From an uncultured archaeon (GTDB lineage: Archaea > Asgardarchaeota > Lokiarchaeia > Sigyniarchaeales > SOKP01): DNA of 62,148 bases. The stretch covers positions 1 to 62,148 of the forward strand of contig CAYLZE010000016.1 of assembly GCA_964388035.1 (NCBI GenBank), in the 5' to 3' direction. Shown here one piece after another: positions 1-10,588 of the stretch (position 1 is its first letter; the number at the start of each line of letters is the position of its first letter). The position numbers and the translations under genes were made by a program. Under the pieces are notes generated by a model, which saw only the letters and a list, made by a program, of their open reading frames with translations, was not told the DNA's origin and ran no database searches.

Positions 1-626
1 GATAAAGGATTAATGTCGCATCCGTAGATATTATTTAAAGCTGAGAGCGTTTCTTGTGCATTCGCACCTGTCGATAATATTTTTTTAACTATTTCTATTA
101 GAAAGTTGCCCGAGCCCGAACAGGGATCAATGACTTTTTGCCCAAAATAATAAACTTCCTCAACCATGCGTTTTACAATAAAAGGTGGGGTGTAATATTC
201 TCCTGACTTATGTCGAAGTTCATCAGAAATTAAATTTTGTAGCAAATAATCAAAATAAAATTCAGGGGCAAGCGAATAATGTGATAGTTTCGTGAACAAG
301 CTTTTGATTATCTTACTCAAGGAATTTAGCTGATTCGCATTCTTGATAGCATCGAATATTGGGGAAAAAATAGTCTCAAAAGTGTGGATATCTTCTTGTA
401 AAACTTGGTACTTTTTTAAAGCTTTCTTTTTTAAAAAGATTTGAGCCATGAGAAAAAATATAAAATGAGCATAATATAAATCCACGTTTGAACTAATCAT
501 TCCATAAATGGGCTTATAAACCTTGAGCCATTCTTTATAGGACTTAGTTGCAGAAAGATTAGTTCCGTTTAAATCATGTTTGATCTCATCAAATTGTTTC
601 TTATATTGCTTGAAATTAATTTGCAT
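1..626 (-). CDS. N6-adenine DNA methyltransferase (N-6 DNA methylase family), 3' end runs off the window
   Basis: Not in the ORF track. Translated by hand from ATG at 626: ...RHKSGEYYTPPFIV (motif X)...KVIDPCSGSGNFL (motif I, SAM binding)...IYGCDINP. Confidence 0.85.
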   Translation of the reverse strand, partial: MQINFKQYKKQFDEIKHDLNGTNLSATKSYKEWLKVYKPIYGMISSNVDLYYAHFIFFLMAQIFLKKKALKKYQVLQEDIHTFETIFSPIFDAIKNANQLNSLSKIIKSLFTKLSHYSLAPEFYFDYLLQNLISDELRHKSGEYYTPPFIVKRMVEEVYYFGQKVIDPCSGSGNFLIEIVKKILSTGANAQETLSALNNIYGCDINPL

Positions 627-883
627 ATCAGAATCTGGTAACTTTTCTTAATTTATCTTTAAGAATTTAGCATTTATATCTTCTTAAGAATTAGAGTAAA
701 TAAATTTAAAATTATTAAGGAATAATTATATTAACATAAAAATTGTTATTAGTAGTAGATTCAAAATAGAACATCATGCTTTAAATTTCAAACGAGTAGC
801 ATGATTGGTAAACAAATTTAAAATTGTATTCAATATGAATCTCTTTAAATTTAGCATGATTATTAAGCACTGATAACCCGGTA

Positions 884-1498
884 TTGATAATGATTGTAGA
901 AGAATCCAAGATTTCGGTAAATTTCAATAAGGGAATACACTTTTCATGTGCTCAATGTGGGGTGTGCTGTCGTGGATTAAACGAGGGAGAAGTTTACGTG
1001 TACATGGAAGATATCGCTCGTCTGGTAGATTTTTTGAATAAAAAAGGTAAAAAATGTACGTTAAAAGAATTTGCGAGCAATTTTCTGAAAATTACGGTGC
1101 AAGGTTTTTATTGGAAAGATCCCATTTCCAAAAAGGGAAAAAAGTATAGTTTGGATACTCTTGGATTAAAGTTTTATGGAGAGGATGATCATTGCTATTT
1201 TTTAAATGAAAACAATGACTGTACCGTTCATGAGGCAAGACCTTTTCAGTGTCGAGCTTTTCCTATAGGTTGGAACATGTTAATGCATAGTTATCATAAT
1301 CTGAAAGATTATTCAAAAAAGTGTCCAGGACTCAGGAATTCCATTCTTGATAAAGGGAGATATCATTCTAAAGAAGAAATCATCAAATGGACACGGGAAG
1401 AGTATCAGATCGAATTAAATTATTTTTTAGCAATGCGGAAGAATGATTTTGATATTTTCAAGGTATATGAATTTTTACCTAAAGATATTGATTGTTAA
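884..1498 (+). CDS. YkgJ/UPF0153 family cysteine-cluster (Zn/Fe-chelating) protein
   Basis: FSCAQCGVCC...CYFL...CTVHEARPFQCRAFP cysteine pattern. Confidence 0.85.
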   Translation: MIMIVEESKISVNFNKGIHFSCAQCGVCCRGLNEGEVYVYMEDIARLVDFLNKKGKKCTLKEFASNFLKITVQGFYWKDPISKKGKKYSLDTLGLKFYGEDDHCYFLNENNDCTVHEARPFQCRAFPIGWNMLMHSYHNLKDYSKKCPGLRNSILDKGRYHSKEEIIKWTREEYQIELNYFLAMRKNDFDIFKVYEFLPKDIDC

Positions 1499-1664
1499 AG
1501 CGGAATGAATTCCTCACTCCTTAAACTATTTCTATAAGAAGGTTAAGCTCTTATGATTTATGATTATTATTTAGAAATTCAAGTTTATTTAAGAATCTCC
1601 TTTGAAATTCAATGAGGAAAAACTTTTAAATATTCTAGGTGTAATTAGTTTAAAGGAATGAGAA

Positions 1665-1850
1665 TCATTTTTTATTTGTAGTGGTTAAAGTCTTTCCATG
1701 AGGGATAAAATGCACTTCTTTCATTTGGGCTTCTGCTTTTATGAGTTTTTGTTTAACCGACAAATAATATTGAATTTTCTCTAAGGTAATATCATCGGGT
1801 AATTTTTGTATGAGTTCTAATATTTCTTCTTTAATTGTTTTTAAGGGCAT
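1665..1850 (-). CDS. Small putative addiction-module antitoxin-like protein (orphan, possibly degenerate)
   Basis: KEEILELIQKLPDDITLEKIQYYL resembles small antitoxins usually paired with ParE/RelE. No intact toxin ORF follows. Confidence 0.5.
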   Translation of the reverse strand: MPLKTIKEEILELIQKLPDDITLEKIQYYLSVKQKLIKAEAQMKEVHFIPHGKTLTTTNKK

Positions 1851-2278
1851 GATTGGTATTTTATGTATGGTTAGTATTCTATTTTTAAAATGTCTTTTTT
1901 TATTACCTTTTTTAATGCCAAGATATCTCTTAACATTATATTTTTTCAGAAATTAATAGATCTTTAAAAACTGATAAATTTAATCTAGTATTAAAAGGTA
2001 TATCATTCTATTTGAATATTTCTCTCAATATTTTTCGAGTATTAAGAATTTAGAAAAAATTTTATTATAAATCTATTATTAAATGAAGATCTCAAGATAA
2101 TAGATTTATTAGGAAATCTTTAAATTATTAAAGATTAAATGAATTTAGCTTTATTTTGGAAAAGATAAAATCTTTTTTCATTCAATATTTTGATTAACTG
2201 AAATTGGATACCTTATATGTCATAATTAATATATTTATTTAGAATAATCAAATCATATTTGAGTTCTTAAGTATACTT

Positions 2279-2284
2279 GGAGGT
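2279..2284 (+). promoter_or_regulatory. Shine-Dalgarno GGAGGT for hdrA
   Basis: GGAGGT lies 8 nt upstream of ATT at 2293. Confidence 0.65.
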
Positions 2285-2292
2285 AATATTCG

Positions 2293-4683
2293 ATTAAAAT
2301 AGGACTTTTTATTTGCGATTGTGGGAAAAATATTTCCGGAACAATTAATATTAACGAGCTCTTGGAACATTTTAAATCCTATCCCAATGTAGTGGTATTG
2401 GAAAATCAATATCTCTGTTCAGAATCAGGATTAGATAGTATCATTGAACAAATTAAAGAGAGTAAAGTTGATAGGGTAGTTATTGCTGCTTGTTCTTTTA
2501 AATTGCATGGCTTATTATTTCAAAAAACCATTGAAAAAGCGGGAATTAACCGTTATTTAATCTCTTTTGCAAATATTAGAGAGCAGAATTCTTGGGTTCA
2601 TTCTGATAATCCAAAGAAAGCAACAAAAAAAGCGATCGACCAGATTAATATGGCAATAGAGCAAGTCAAATTTTTAGAACCTTTAGAAATCGAGTATGCT
2701 TCTGTAACCTCCTCTACTTTAATAATAGGAGGGGGAGTTTCGGGGATTAAAGCGGCCCTTGTCATTGCAAATGCAGGGTATAAAGTATATCTCGTGGAAA
2801 GGGAACCTACCATTGGAGGACATATGGCTTTATTTGATAAGACATTTCCCACATTAGATTGCAGTATTTGTGTACTGGGTCCCCTTATGACAGAAGTAAA
2901 GGATCATCCGAATATCGAGTTGTTAACGTATTCTGAAGTGACAAAAGTAGAAGGTTTTGTAGGAAATTTCGAAGTGTCAATTTTAAAACACCCGCGTTTT
3001 ATTGTGGAAGAAGATTGCGTGGGTTGTTTTGATATTTGTAGAGATGTATGTCCAATTGATGTAAAAGAGACTTTTTATCCCCGTAAAGCCATTGATGTTC
3101 CTTTTCCCCAAGCTATCCCTCTATTCCCTAATATATTAGAAGAATATTGCATTGGATGCAAGGCTTGTGCTCAAGCATGCGATAGAGATGCTATTGATTT
3201 TAATCAGGAGCCTGAAACTAAGAAATTTACCGTGGGTTCTATCATCATTGCCACTGGGTATGATACATTTGATCCCTCCCTACTTTCCGAGCTAAGTTAT
3301 AAAAAATATCCTAATATCATCACTACCATGGAATTGGAACGATTATTAAATAATGATGGTCCTACCAATGGGAAGATAGTGTTACCTTCCAATGGTCTTC
3401 CCCCGAAAAATGTTTCTTTTGTTTTATGCGTGGGATCGAGGAATAAAAAAATTAATCGCGAGTATTGTTCCCAAGTATGTTGTAATGTTGCCATCAAACA
3501 AGCAGTTCTAATTAAAAAAGAATACACCGATGTTAATATAAATATTTTTTATAATGACGTGAGGGCAGTGGGAAAGAATTGTGAAGAGTTTTATAATCGA
3601 GCGCGGGAATATTTTGGTGTACGATTCATAAAAAGCAATATTTCTGCTATTCTGAAACATGATAATAGTGATAGATTAATTGTTAGGGGCGAAGATATTA
3701 TTGAGGATAAATTATTCGAGAATCTAACTGATTTAGTTGTCTTGGCCGTGGGTATTGAACCTGCTAAAGGAACGGAGAATTTAAGTCAAATATTAAACAT
3801 TTCTCAAGATCCCAATGGATTCCTCTTGGAGAGACACTTGAAAATGCGACCGTCAGAGACTTCCGTCAGCGGCATTTATATTGCAGGAGTGATACAAGGG
3901 CCAAAAGATATTCCAAATAGCATAGCCCAGGCAGAAAGTGCTGCAGCAAAAGCTATTGCATTAATATCCAAGGGGAAGGTAGAATTGGAGCCTCACATTG
4001 TCCAGTTCGAACCAGATAAATGTACTTCATGCCGATTATGTGAAAACATCTGTGCATTTAATGCAATTACTTTTCATAATAAACAGCTACAATTAACCAA
4101 GGCTAATTGTTCTGGTTGCGGAGCTTGTGCGGCAATGTGTCCTGAAAATGCCTTATACATTCCGGGCTTTAAGAGAGAACAAATATCTTCCCAAATTAAA
4201 TCTTTATTGAAACAAAAAAGTGAAGCTCCTTTAATCGTGGCTTTTTTATGTAATTGGTGTTCTTACATGGGTGCAGACTTAGCGGGAACCAGCAAATTAA
4301 CATATCCAACTAACGTGAGACCCATAAGGGTGATGTGCACTGCAATGCTAGATCCTTCTTTAGTTTTTGAAGCTTTTTTCAATGGAGCTGATGGGGTTTT
4401 AATTGCTGGATGTCATGAACAAGATTGTCATTATGATACTGGCTTCATGAAGGCGAAGACAAGATATGGAAGCATGAAAGAAATGTTGATAGAACTGGGG
4501 ATCAATGAACGTAGAATAAAAATAGAGAGTATCTCTGCGGGAGAGGGGGAGAAATTTGCAGCAGTTATTAGCGAATTTACTACGGAATTGGAAGAATTAG
4601 GACCCATTTCACCGAACGAAGCAGAACGAAAAGTAAAATTCTCTCCAGAGCTGAAAGGAGCTGCAAAATTAGATGAAATATGA
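2293..4683 (+). CDS. hdrA: Heterodisulfide reductase subunit A fused to C-terminal MvhD (FAD, [4Fe-4S], [2Fe-2S])
   Basis: AACS, NIREQNSWVH, GGGVSGI, DKTFPTLDCSIC, CVGSR, YCSQVCC, ferredoxin motifs. C-terminal FLCNWCSYMGAD...GCHEQDCHY is MvhD. The frame is open upstream of the tracked start (IKIGLFICDCG), so the start is placed at ATT 2293. Confidence 0.92.
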   Translation: MKIGLFICDCGKNISGTININELLEHFKSYPNVVVLENQYLCSESGLDSIIEQIKESKVDRVVIAACSFKLHGLLFQKTIEKAGINRYLISFANIREQNSWVHSDNPKKATKKAIDQINMAIEQVKFLEPLEIEYASVTSSTLIIGGGVSGIKAALVIANAGYKVYLVEREPTIGGHMALFDKTFPTLDCSICVLGPLMTEVKDHPNIELLTYSEVTKVEGFVGNFEVSILKHPRFIVEEDCVGCFDICRDVCPIDVKETFYPRKAIDVPFPQAIPLFPNILEEYCIGCKACAQACDRDAIDFNQEPETKKFTVGSIIIATGYDTFDPSLLSELSYKKYPNIITTMELERLLNNDGPTNGKIVLPSNGLPPKNVSFVLCVGSRNKKINREYCSQVCCNVAIKQAVLIKKEYTDVNINIFYNDVRAVGKNCEEFYNRAREYFGVRFIKSNISAILKHDNSDRLIVRGEDIIEDKLFENLTDLVVLAVGIEPAKGTENLSQILNISQDPNGFLLERHLKMRPSETSVSGIYIAGVIQGPKDIPNSIAQAESAAAKAIALISKGKVELEPHIVQFEPDKCTSCRLCENICAFNAITFHNKQLQLTKANCSGCGACAAMCPENALYIPGFKREQISSQIKSLLKQKSEAPLIVAFLCNWCSYMGADLAGTSKLTYPTNVRPIRVMCTAMLDPSLVFEAFFNGADGVLIAGCHEQDCHYDTGFMKAKTRYGSMKEMLIELGINERRIKIESISAGEGEKFAAVISEFTTELEELGPISPNEAERKVKFSPELKGAAKLDEI

Positions 4684-5189
4684 GTTCATTTGCATTGATT
4701 CGTGAAGCATTAAATTTTATTGGACTAAAACATGGAATACAATTAAGAAAAGATGAAAAAACACCTTATGTCATTCATCCAATAAGGGTTTATTTTATTT
4801 TAAAGGAAGCAAATTTTTCAGAACAACTGCATCAAACACTACTAATTTCAGCATTATTACACGATGTCCTGGAAGATACCGATACTTCCTTAGTTGAACT
4901 GGAAGAAAAATTTGGAAAAAAGATTACAGAAATTGTGAAACAGTTAACAAAACCTAGAAACATGTCGAAGGACTCATGGTTATGGTCATTTGAAAATTTT
5001 TCGGAGGAGGCCAAAATTATAAAAATGGCTGATAGAATTGATAATCTTAAAGATATGGGTGCTGATTCTTTATCCCAAAAATGGAAAAAATCCTATGCCA
5101 AACAAGCGGAAATTGTATTAAAAGTCTGTGGAAAAGCTAATGAATTACTGGCAAGAAAGTTGAAAGAAACAATAAAAGCTATTGATTAG
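4680..5189 (+). CDS. HD-domain small alarmone hydrolase (Mesh1/SpoT hydrolase-like)
   Basis: PYVIHP, ALLHDVLEDT, KIIKMADRIDNL. ATGA overlap with the hdrA stop. Confidence 0.85.
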   Translation: MSSFALIREALNFIGLKHGIQLRKDEKTPYVIHPIRVYFILKEANFSEQLHQTLLISALLHDVLEDTDTSLVELEEKFGKKITEIVKQLTKPRNMSKDSWLWSFENFSEEAKIIKMADRIDNLKDMGADSLSQKWKKSYAKQAEIVLKVCGKANELLARKLKETIKAID

Positions 5190-5265
5190 ATTGGATTGTT
5201 ATTAAGTTCCATCTTATAAATTGAATTCAATGACTATTTTTGAATTATAACCTTATTAGAAAATA

Positions 5266-6549
5266 ATGAAGATCAGATCAATTACTATGGGTCAGAATAT
5301 ACCGTATTCTGAAGTAATGAGCTCCTTTACGAATAATATTGCAGAAATAATCAATCCATCATCGGAGTTTTGTGATGAATTAGTAGAAGAATTCGATAAA
5401 GTCGGGCTTGAGGTAGAAAGCAGGAGAATTTGCACGCAACCTTTAATTTCAGATATTAAGAATCGCTATTCATTTAATACCATTGACAATGCTTCGATGA
5501 TCACTGAAAAAATAAGATTCTTACAAGAACAGTGTAAGAAAGCTAAATTCACCTATTTTTCTTCATGCATGATATTAGCTGATCGAATGAAAGATGTAAG
5601 TAATTTCGAGTCGGTATTAACTTCTGAAATACCAAATTCCTTGGAAGAGCTTGATGATTTTTTTTCATCTATCTTAGTAAGCTCTACTACTGAGGGAATT
5701 AATCTCAAGGCATTAAAATATTGTAGCAAGATAATAAAGAGGTTATCCATTCCCGATCCCTTCAATAACCTCAAATTTTGCATGTCATCGAATGTAAAAG
5801 CAGATACCCCATTTTTTCCAGCAGCGTACCATTTTTCTGAATCTCCTAAATTCTCATTAGCTTTAGAAATGGCGGATGAAGTTGTGAAAATTTTCGACAA
5901 TTACACGTCCTTGAACAATTTAAAAGAGAACTTGAAAAAAAAATTTAATGATATCTATGAACCATTGGTTGAAACATGTAATCGAGTTAGTAGAAAACTC
6001 AAAATAGAATTTTATGGAATTGATTTTTCTCCTGCCCCCTTTCCGACCTACGAGAGGAGCATAGGAACCGCGATTGAACAATTAAATTTCAACCATTTCG
6101 GAATCTATGGGTCATTATTAGGAGTGGGATTAATAAAAAGTTGCATTCCTAAAAAAGAGAAAGTTATTGGCTTTTCGGGATTCATGCAACCCGTACTGGA
6201 GGACTTCACTATTTCAAAAAGAGTTCATGAGGGAAAGGTATCCATGGAATCTCTTTTATTATATTCTGCAATTTGCGGTACGGGATTAGATTGCATCCCT
6301 TTACCTGGGAATATTACTGAAAGAGAACTCTTTTATATTTTGTTGGATGTATGTTCTCTTTCCTTGGCTTTAAATAAACCCTTAACTGCTAGATTAATGC
6401 CAATAACAGGTAAGAGTCCCGGAGATGAAGTTGATTTTGATTTTGAATATTTTGCAAAATCAAAAGTGTTAAATATTCAAAAGTTAGCGGAGAATAAAAA
6501 AAATGATTTATTTTATCGCGACGAAGACCTTATCAATTTATATAAATAA
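5266..6549 (+). CDS. DUF711/UPF0210 family protein
   Basis: MKIRSIT, PFFPAAYH, GIDFSPAP, GFSGFMQPVLED, AICGTGLDCIPLPG, KPLTARLMP. Confidence 0.85.
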   Translation: MKIRSITMGQNIPYSEVMSSFTNNIAEIINPSSEFCDELVEEFDKVGLEVESRRICTQPLISDIKNRYSFNTIDNASMITEKIRFLQEQCKKAKFTYFSSCMILADRMKDVSNFESVLTSEIPNSLEELDDFFSSILVSSTTEGINLKALKYCSKIIKRLSIPDPFNNLKFCMSSNVKADTPFFPAAYHFSESPKFSLALEMADEVVKIFDNYTSLNNLKENLKKKFNDIYEPLVETCNRVSRKLKIEFYGIDFSPAPFPTYERSIGTAIEQLNFNHFGIYGSLLGVGLIKSCIPKKEKVIGFSGFMQPVLEDFTISKRVHEGKVSMESLLLYSAICGTGLDCIPLPGNITERELFYILLDVCSLSLALNKPLTARLMPITGKSPGDEVDFDFEYFAKSKVLNIQKLAENKKNDLFYRDEDLINLYK

Positions 6550-6652
6550 AATTATTTAGCTTTCTTAATTTTACTTACGTGAACAAATTCTTAGGATAAG
6601 TAAATGAATATACTTGACATCATCCAAAGAATTCAAATTATAAGATAAGAAA

Positions 6653-7090
6653 ATGATAAGAAAACCCTACTTTAAAAAAGCTGTAGAATATTTTGAAGTT
6701 ACACCCAAGATAATCAATCTAAATTCCCACCATAATGCAAAAATAAGAGAAAATCCAAATTCATTCCCATCAGAGGGTAATTTACGGGAAGAAATGTTAG
6801 AGGAGGTAAATAATCTCAAATCCATTTTATTAGACCGCTACGATAATGAAATTAATCAATTAAATGAATCAGAAAAGAAACTATTTTATCAATTCATAGA
6901 GTTTTATTCCATATGTCCCATTTGTTTTAATAGAAATGATAAACATTACCTTAAAAAGTTTTATTTTGATAAAGATTCCCAGAAAGAGCAATTACGGAAA
7001 AAACTATTAGAATTAATGAAGAATACCGATAATAAGGAAAAGATTATTGTGGGAATACCTTGTTGTGAATGTTATTCTAACTTTTTTTGA
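6653..7090 (+). CDS. Hypothetical zinc-binding protein
   Basis: CPIC ... GIPCCECY. Confidence 0.65.
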   Translation: MIRKPYFKKAVEYFEVTPKIINLNSHHNAKIRENPNSFPSEGNLREEMLEEVNNLKSILLDRYDNEINQLNESEKKLFYQFIEFYSICPICFNRNDKHYLKKFYFDKDSQKEQLRKKLLELMKNTDNKEKIIVGIPCCECYSNFF

Positions 7091-7112
7091 TTAACATCAT
7101 TAAGGAATATAC

Positions 7113-7451
7113 TCATAAAAAGTTCACTACCTGTCCAGCTTGGGTGATCTCATAAAATGTCTCGTTCTCTTTCACATGCTCTTTAATACATAACGCTTTT
7201 ATAAGAAAATCTATATTATATTTGAATTTTAACTCGTCTACAGTTGAATCTATCGAATGAAAATGGTTGAATAATTCTTCTTTTGAAATAACTCCTTTAT
7301 CATTAATCTTTATAAGCATCTCCCGCCTGATGGGATGGTTGACCGCTTTTAAATATAGTCCGTGATAATATCTGGAACCTTCAACGGTTTTTAGATATTC
7401 TTCAATACTATCCCGGTCATCAACTTTAAATTCATTAGACATGATCCTCAT
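7113..7451 (-). CDS. Winged helix-turn-helix protein (ArsR-like)
   Basis: KAVNHPIRREML ... YEITQAG wing motif. Confidence 0.7.
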   Translation of the reverse strand: MRIMSNEFKVDDRDSIEEYLKTVEGSRYYHGLYLKAVNHPIRREMLIKINDKGVISKEELFNHFHSIDSTVDELKFKYNIDFLIKALCIKEHVKENETFYEITQAGQVVNFL

Positions 7452-7494
7452 TAATGGAATGTCGCAATTAAAATTAGTTATTTCGGCATGGTAA

Positions 7495-9159
7495 TCAAAT
7501 ATCCTTATCTATAGAAATAGTGTTAGGAATGACTAAATATAGAGGCCATTTTTTGAGAGTTCCTTTCGGAAGCTGTCCATTTTGAACGGCTTTTATAATA
7601 GTATTTTTCTTCTTCGGGAAATTTATGGGAGATTCTTTCAAAAGCATTATTTCCATTTGTTTATCCTTTATTGTAATATATTTTGTTTTTTTTTGACAAT
7701 TATTAAAAATGATATCATTAATTTTTTCCGAAGAATTACAAGATGAATTCTCACTCAATTTTAGATATAAAATCCAAGGAGAACTCACCTTTTTTCTCAC
7801 GATCAACATAGAATCATGTTCTAATGCACAATTAAGTGATAGACAATCCAGTAAACTGCTGGGATCTATTATTTCTAGGGTTTTAAAACTAAAGAATCCT
7901 CCCGCATAAACTTGATAGTTTTTGGGTTTGTCTACCCTTTCGGAAATATTAATATCATATTTTAAAGGAAAACCTTCTCGAATTATCTTTCCATCTATCT
8001 GTGGAAGACCTTCTTGATTTTTTATTGTAATAAGATCACCTGTATTAATGTTTATGAGCTCTTTTCCTGCATTCATCCGAGAGACCAACAAAATTCCTTG
8101 TTTTCTGTTAGAGAAGCTGATTAGTTCCTTTTCTCCCTTATTTTCTACAATAGGGAGAGTTAAGGGCAAAACAAACATGTCTTTTTTATTAATTACTTTT
8201 TTATCTTCATGGAAAATGCTGGCTGCAAAAGGTCCTATTTCTGAAGCAACATAGAGGTTAGTAAACTTTTCTCCATTTTTTGTCCAATGCATAAAATTCC
8301 GCAAGATATTCCATTGATCGGGAGTTATAGAAGTTATACTAAAAATTAAAGTTGCTTTTGATAATTTGAGAGATAATTTCTGTTGTAGGTCTTTTAGATC
8401 TTTTTGAATTCCATTCAAATTAGAGGTGTTATATGCATCTTCCTCCGATTCATTATCGAACGCTATTTTTAAATTCTTCTGCTGATTTTTCACTCCATTA
8501 TAAAATCGAGAATAATCTGCCCATTTGAATATTGTAGCTGCGGGGGCCGAAACAATTGACACGTTATCAAGAGATAATATTTTTGTTATTACATCAAGAT
8601 TCAATGCATCCTTATATGGATAAAGTAGATAAGATTTTGGCTTAATTATTCCCAACATTATTCTCTGGGAGAATTCAGAACTATACAATGAGATATATGT
8701 CTTATTCTTAATTTGCCTTATCCCATCAAGGTTTAAACGGGATGGTACGAATATTATTGCCGATGATTTTTGATCTAATCCGCTAGATTCGAATATAGCT
8801 TGCATCCCTGGAGCCCATAATTTTTTAATAAGATCTGGTGCAATGAAAAACCATTTTAATGCATTTAGATCATTGTTGGTTGTTCCCGATGTGTGAGTAA
8901 AAATAGGGAGTTCTCCTTCTTTTGTAACGCCGGTAAATTCATTTATCTTAACAGAAAAATTTTGATTTTCCGTTTTTTCCTTTCTTAATCTTAAAAGTAG
9001 ATCTTCGACCTGATCTAGTCCCGAAAGCTTTAAAGCTAAATCTAAATATTCCCCTTTTGTCGAAGCATCCAACCATTTTCGCCAATCTACTTTAGGAATA
9101 GTAGAACAAATTCCATTAATAATAGATTGTATCTCCTTATCAAAATCATGAGATTTCAT
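7495..9159 (-). CDS. Adenylate-forming enzyme (GH3 acyl-amido synthetase / phenylacetate-CoA ligase-like)
   Basis: THTSGTT P-loop, YVASEIG, INTGDLI motifs of the ANL superfamily. Confidence 0.65.
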   Translation of the reverse strand: MKSHDFDKEIQSIINGICSTIPKVDWRKWLDASTKGEYLDLALKLSGLDQVEDLLLRLRKEKTENQNFSVKINEFTGVTKEGELPIFTHTSGTTNNDLNALKWFFIAPDLIKKLWAPGMQAIFESSGLDQKSSAIIFVPSRLNLDGIRQIKNKTYISLYSSEFSQRIMLGIIKPKSYLLYPYKDALNLDVITKILSLDNVSIVSAPAATIFKWADYSRFYNGVKNQQKNLKIAFDNESEEDAYNTSNLNGIQKDLKDLQQKLSLKLSKATLIFSITSITPDQWNILRNFMHWTKNGEKFTNLYVASEIGPFAASIFHEDKKVINKKDMFVLPLTLPIVENKGEKELISFSNRKQGILLVSRMNAGKELININTGDLITIKNQEGLPQIDGKIIREGFPLKYDINISERVDKPKNYQVYAGGFFSFKTLEIIDPSSLLDCLSLNCALEHDSMLIVRKKVSSPWILYLKLSENSSCNSSEKINDIIFNNCQKKTKYITIKDKQMEIMLLKESPINFPKKKNTIIKAVQNGQLPKGTLKKWPLYLVIPNTISIDKDI

Positions 9160-9293
9160 TATTTACCGCCTGATTCTCCTCATTTAATAGATTTCGAAAA
9201 TAGAATTAATAGTTTATTTACATAAAGTATTTTTTTCTCTTTATCTTATCTTTTCTCTATAATCTAAATATAATTCGAGGTAGAAATAGTAAG

Positions 9294-10358
9294 ATGAATA
9301 TTAATGAAATAAAAACATTACTTGGGCCTGAAGAGGCAACCGATCTCTTAACACATCAATGTACGGGCATTCCAAAAAATATGATTCATGCTCCTGGTCC
9401 CGATTTTATCGAACGCGTGATGGAACATTCGGATAGAAATAATAACGTATTAAATAACATGCACCGGTTTTTTAATTCTTGCGGTAGATTGGCGGGGACA
9501 GGATATCTCTCAATCTTACCCGTGGATCAAGGCGTGGAACATTCTGCATCCGCTAGTTTTGCAGCAAATCCGATATATTTTGATCCCGAAAATATCATTA
9601 AATTGGCAATTGAGGGTGGATGTAGTGGCGTTGCGTCTACGTTTGGAGTCTTAGGTTCAATTTCTAGGAAATATTCGAGGAAAATCCCTTTCATTTTGAA
9701 ACTAAATCATAATGAATTGTTAACTAAACCTGAATTATCGGATCAAACAATGTTTGCTAGTGTGGAACGAGCTTTTAATATGGGCGCCGCGGCAGTTGGT
9801 TCCACCGTTTACTTTGGATCTCAAGAGTCTCGACGGCAAATTCAAGAAACGAGTGAAGCTTTCCAATATGCTCACGAATTGGGTTTAGTCTGTGTTTTAT
9901 GGTGCTATTTAAGAAATGAAAAAGAATTCGTCAAAGGTGGAAAAGATTATCATACTTCTAATGATTTAGAAAGTCAAGCCAATCATTTAGGTGTTACTAT
10001 TGAAGCCGATATTGTGAAGCAAAAAATTTCAACCTTAAATCGTGGTTTCTTAGATTTAAATTTCGGAAAAACAGATAAATTGGTCTATGAAAAACTGGCA
10101 ACGGATCATCCTCTAGAATGGAACAGATATCAGTTAGCTAACTGTTACATGGGAAGAGTGGGATTAATTAATTCTGGCGGAGAATCGGGGAAAAACGATT
10201 TGGCAGATGCCGTAAGAGCTGCAATCATCAATAAGCGATCGGGAGGAATGGGGCTCATTTTAGGTAGAAAAGCTTTTAAGAAATCAATGCCAGAGGGAAT
10301 AAAGATCCTCAACGCCGTTCAAGATGTATACCTAAATGACGAAATCTCTATAGCATAG
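9294..10358 (+). CDS. fbaB: Class I fructose-bisphosphate aldolase (DhnA/FbaB type)
   Basis: [38 protein letters not shown] (Schiff-base Lys), [19 protein letters not shown]. Confidence 0.95.
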   Translation: MNINEIKTLLGPEEATDLLTHQCTGIPKNMIHAPGPDFIERVMEHSDRNNNVLNNMHRFFNSCGRLAGTGYLSILPVDQGVEHSASASFAANPIYFDPENIIKLAIEGGCSGVASTFGVLGSISRKYSRKIPFILKLNHNELLTKPELSDQTMFASVERAFNMGAAAVGSTVYFGSQESRRQIQETSEAFQYAHELGLVCVLWCYLRNEKEFVKGGKDYHTSNDLESQANHLGVTIEADIVKQKISTLNRGFLDLNFGKTDKLVYEKLATDHPLEWNRYQLANCYMGRVGLINSGGESGKNDLADAVRAAIINKRSGGMGLILGRKAFKKSMPEGIKILNAVQDVYLNDEISIA

Positions 10359-10588
10359 CGACAGGAACAGCCTTTTCAAGCACAAATTGGCAACTTTTTC
10401 CAAAAGTTAGTTATTATTTTTAATTTTTTTTTTTGTACTATATATTCTCAATTTTCTATTGCCATAAAATGACAACTATCATTTTTAAATGAAAATGGAT
10501 TGCCGATTTTGTCTACCTTTAATCGCTTGGTATTGGCAAGAATCTATGATTTCTTGGGAAATCATCAATAAGCGATCGGGAGGAATGG
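10223..10588 (+). repeat. Exact 29-bp direct repeat AATCATCAATAAGCGATCGGGAGGAATGG (10223-10251 within fbaB; 10560-10588 intergenic)
   Basis: Both copies read directly from the sequence. Confidence 0.9.

Noticed and set aside
2293-4683. HdrA/MvhD as a selenoprotein
   Set aside because: The frame has no internal TGA and the Cys motifs are Cys-encoded.
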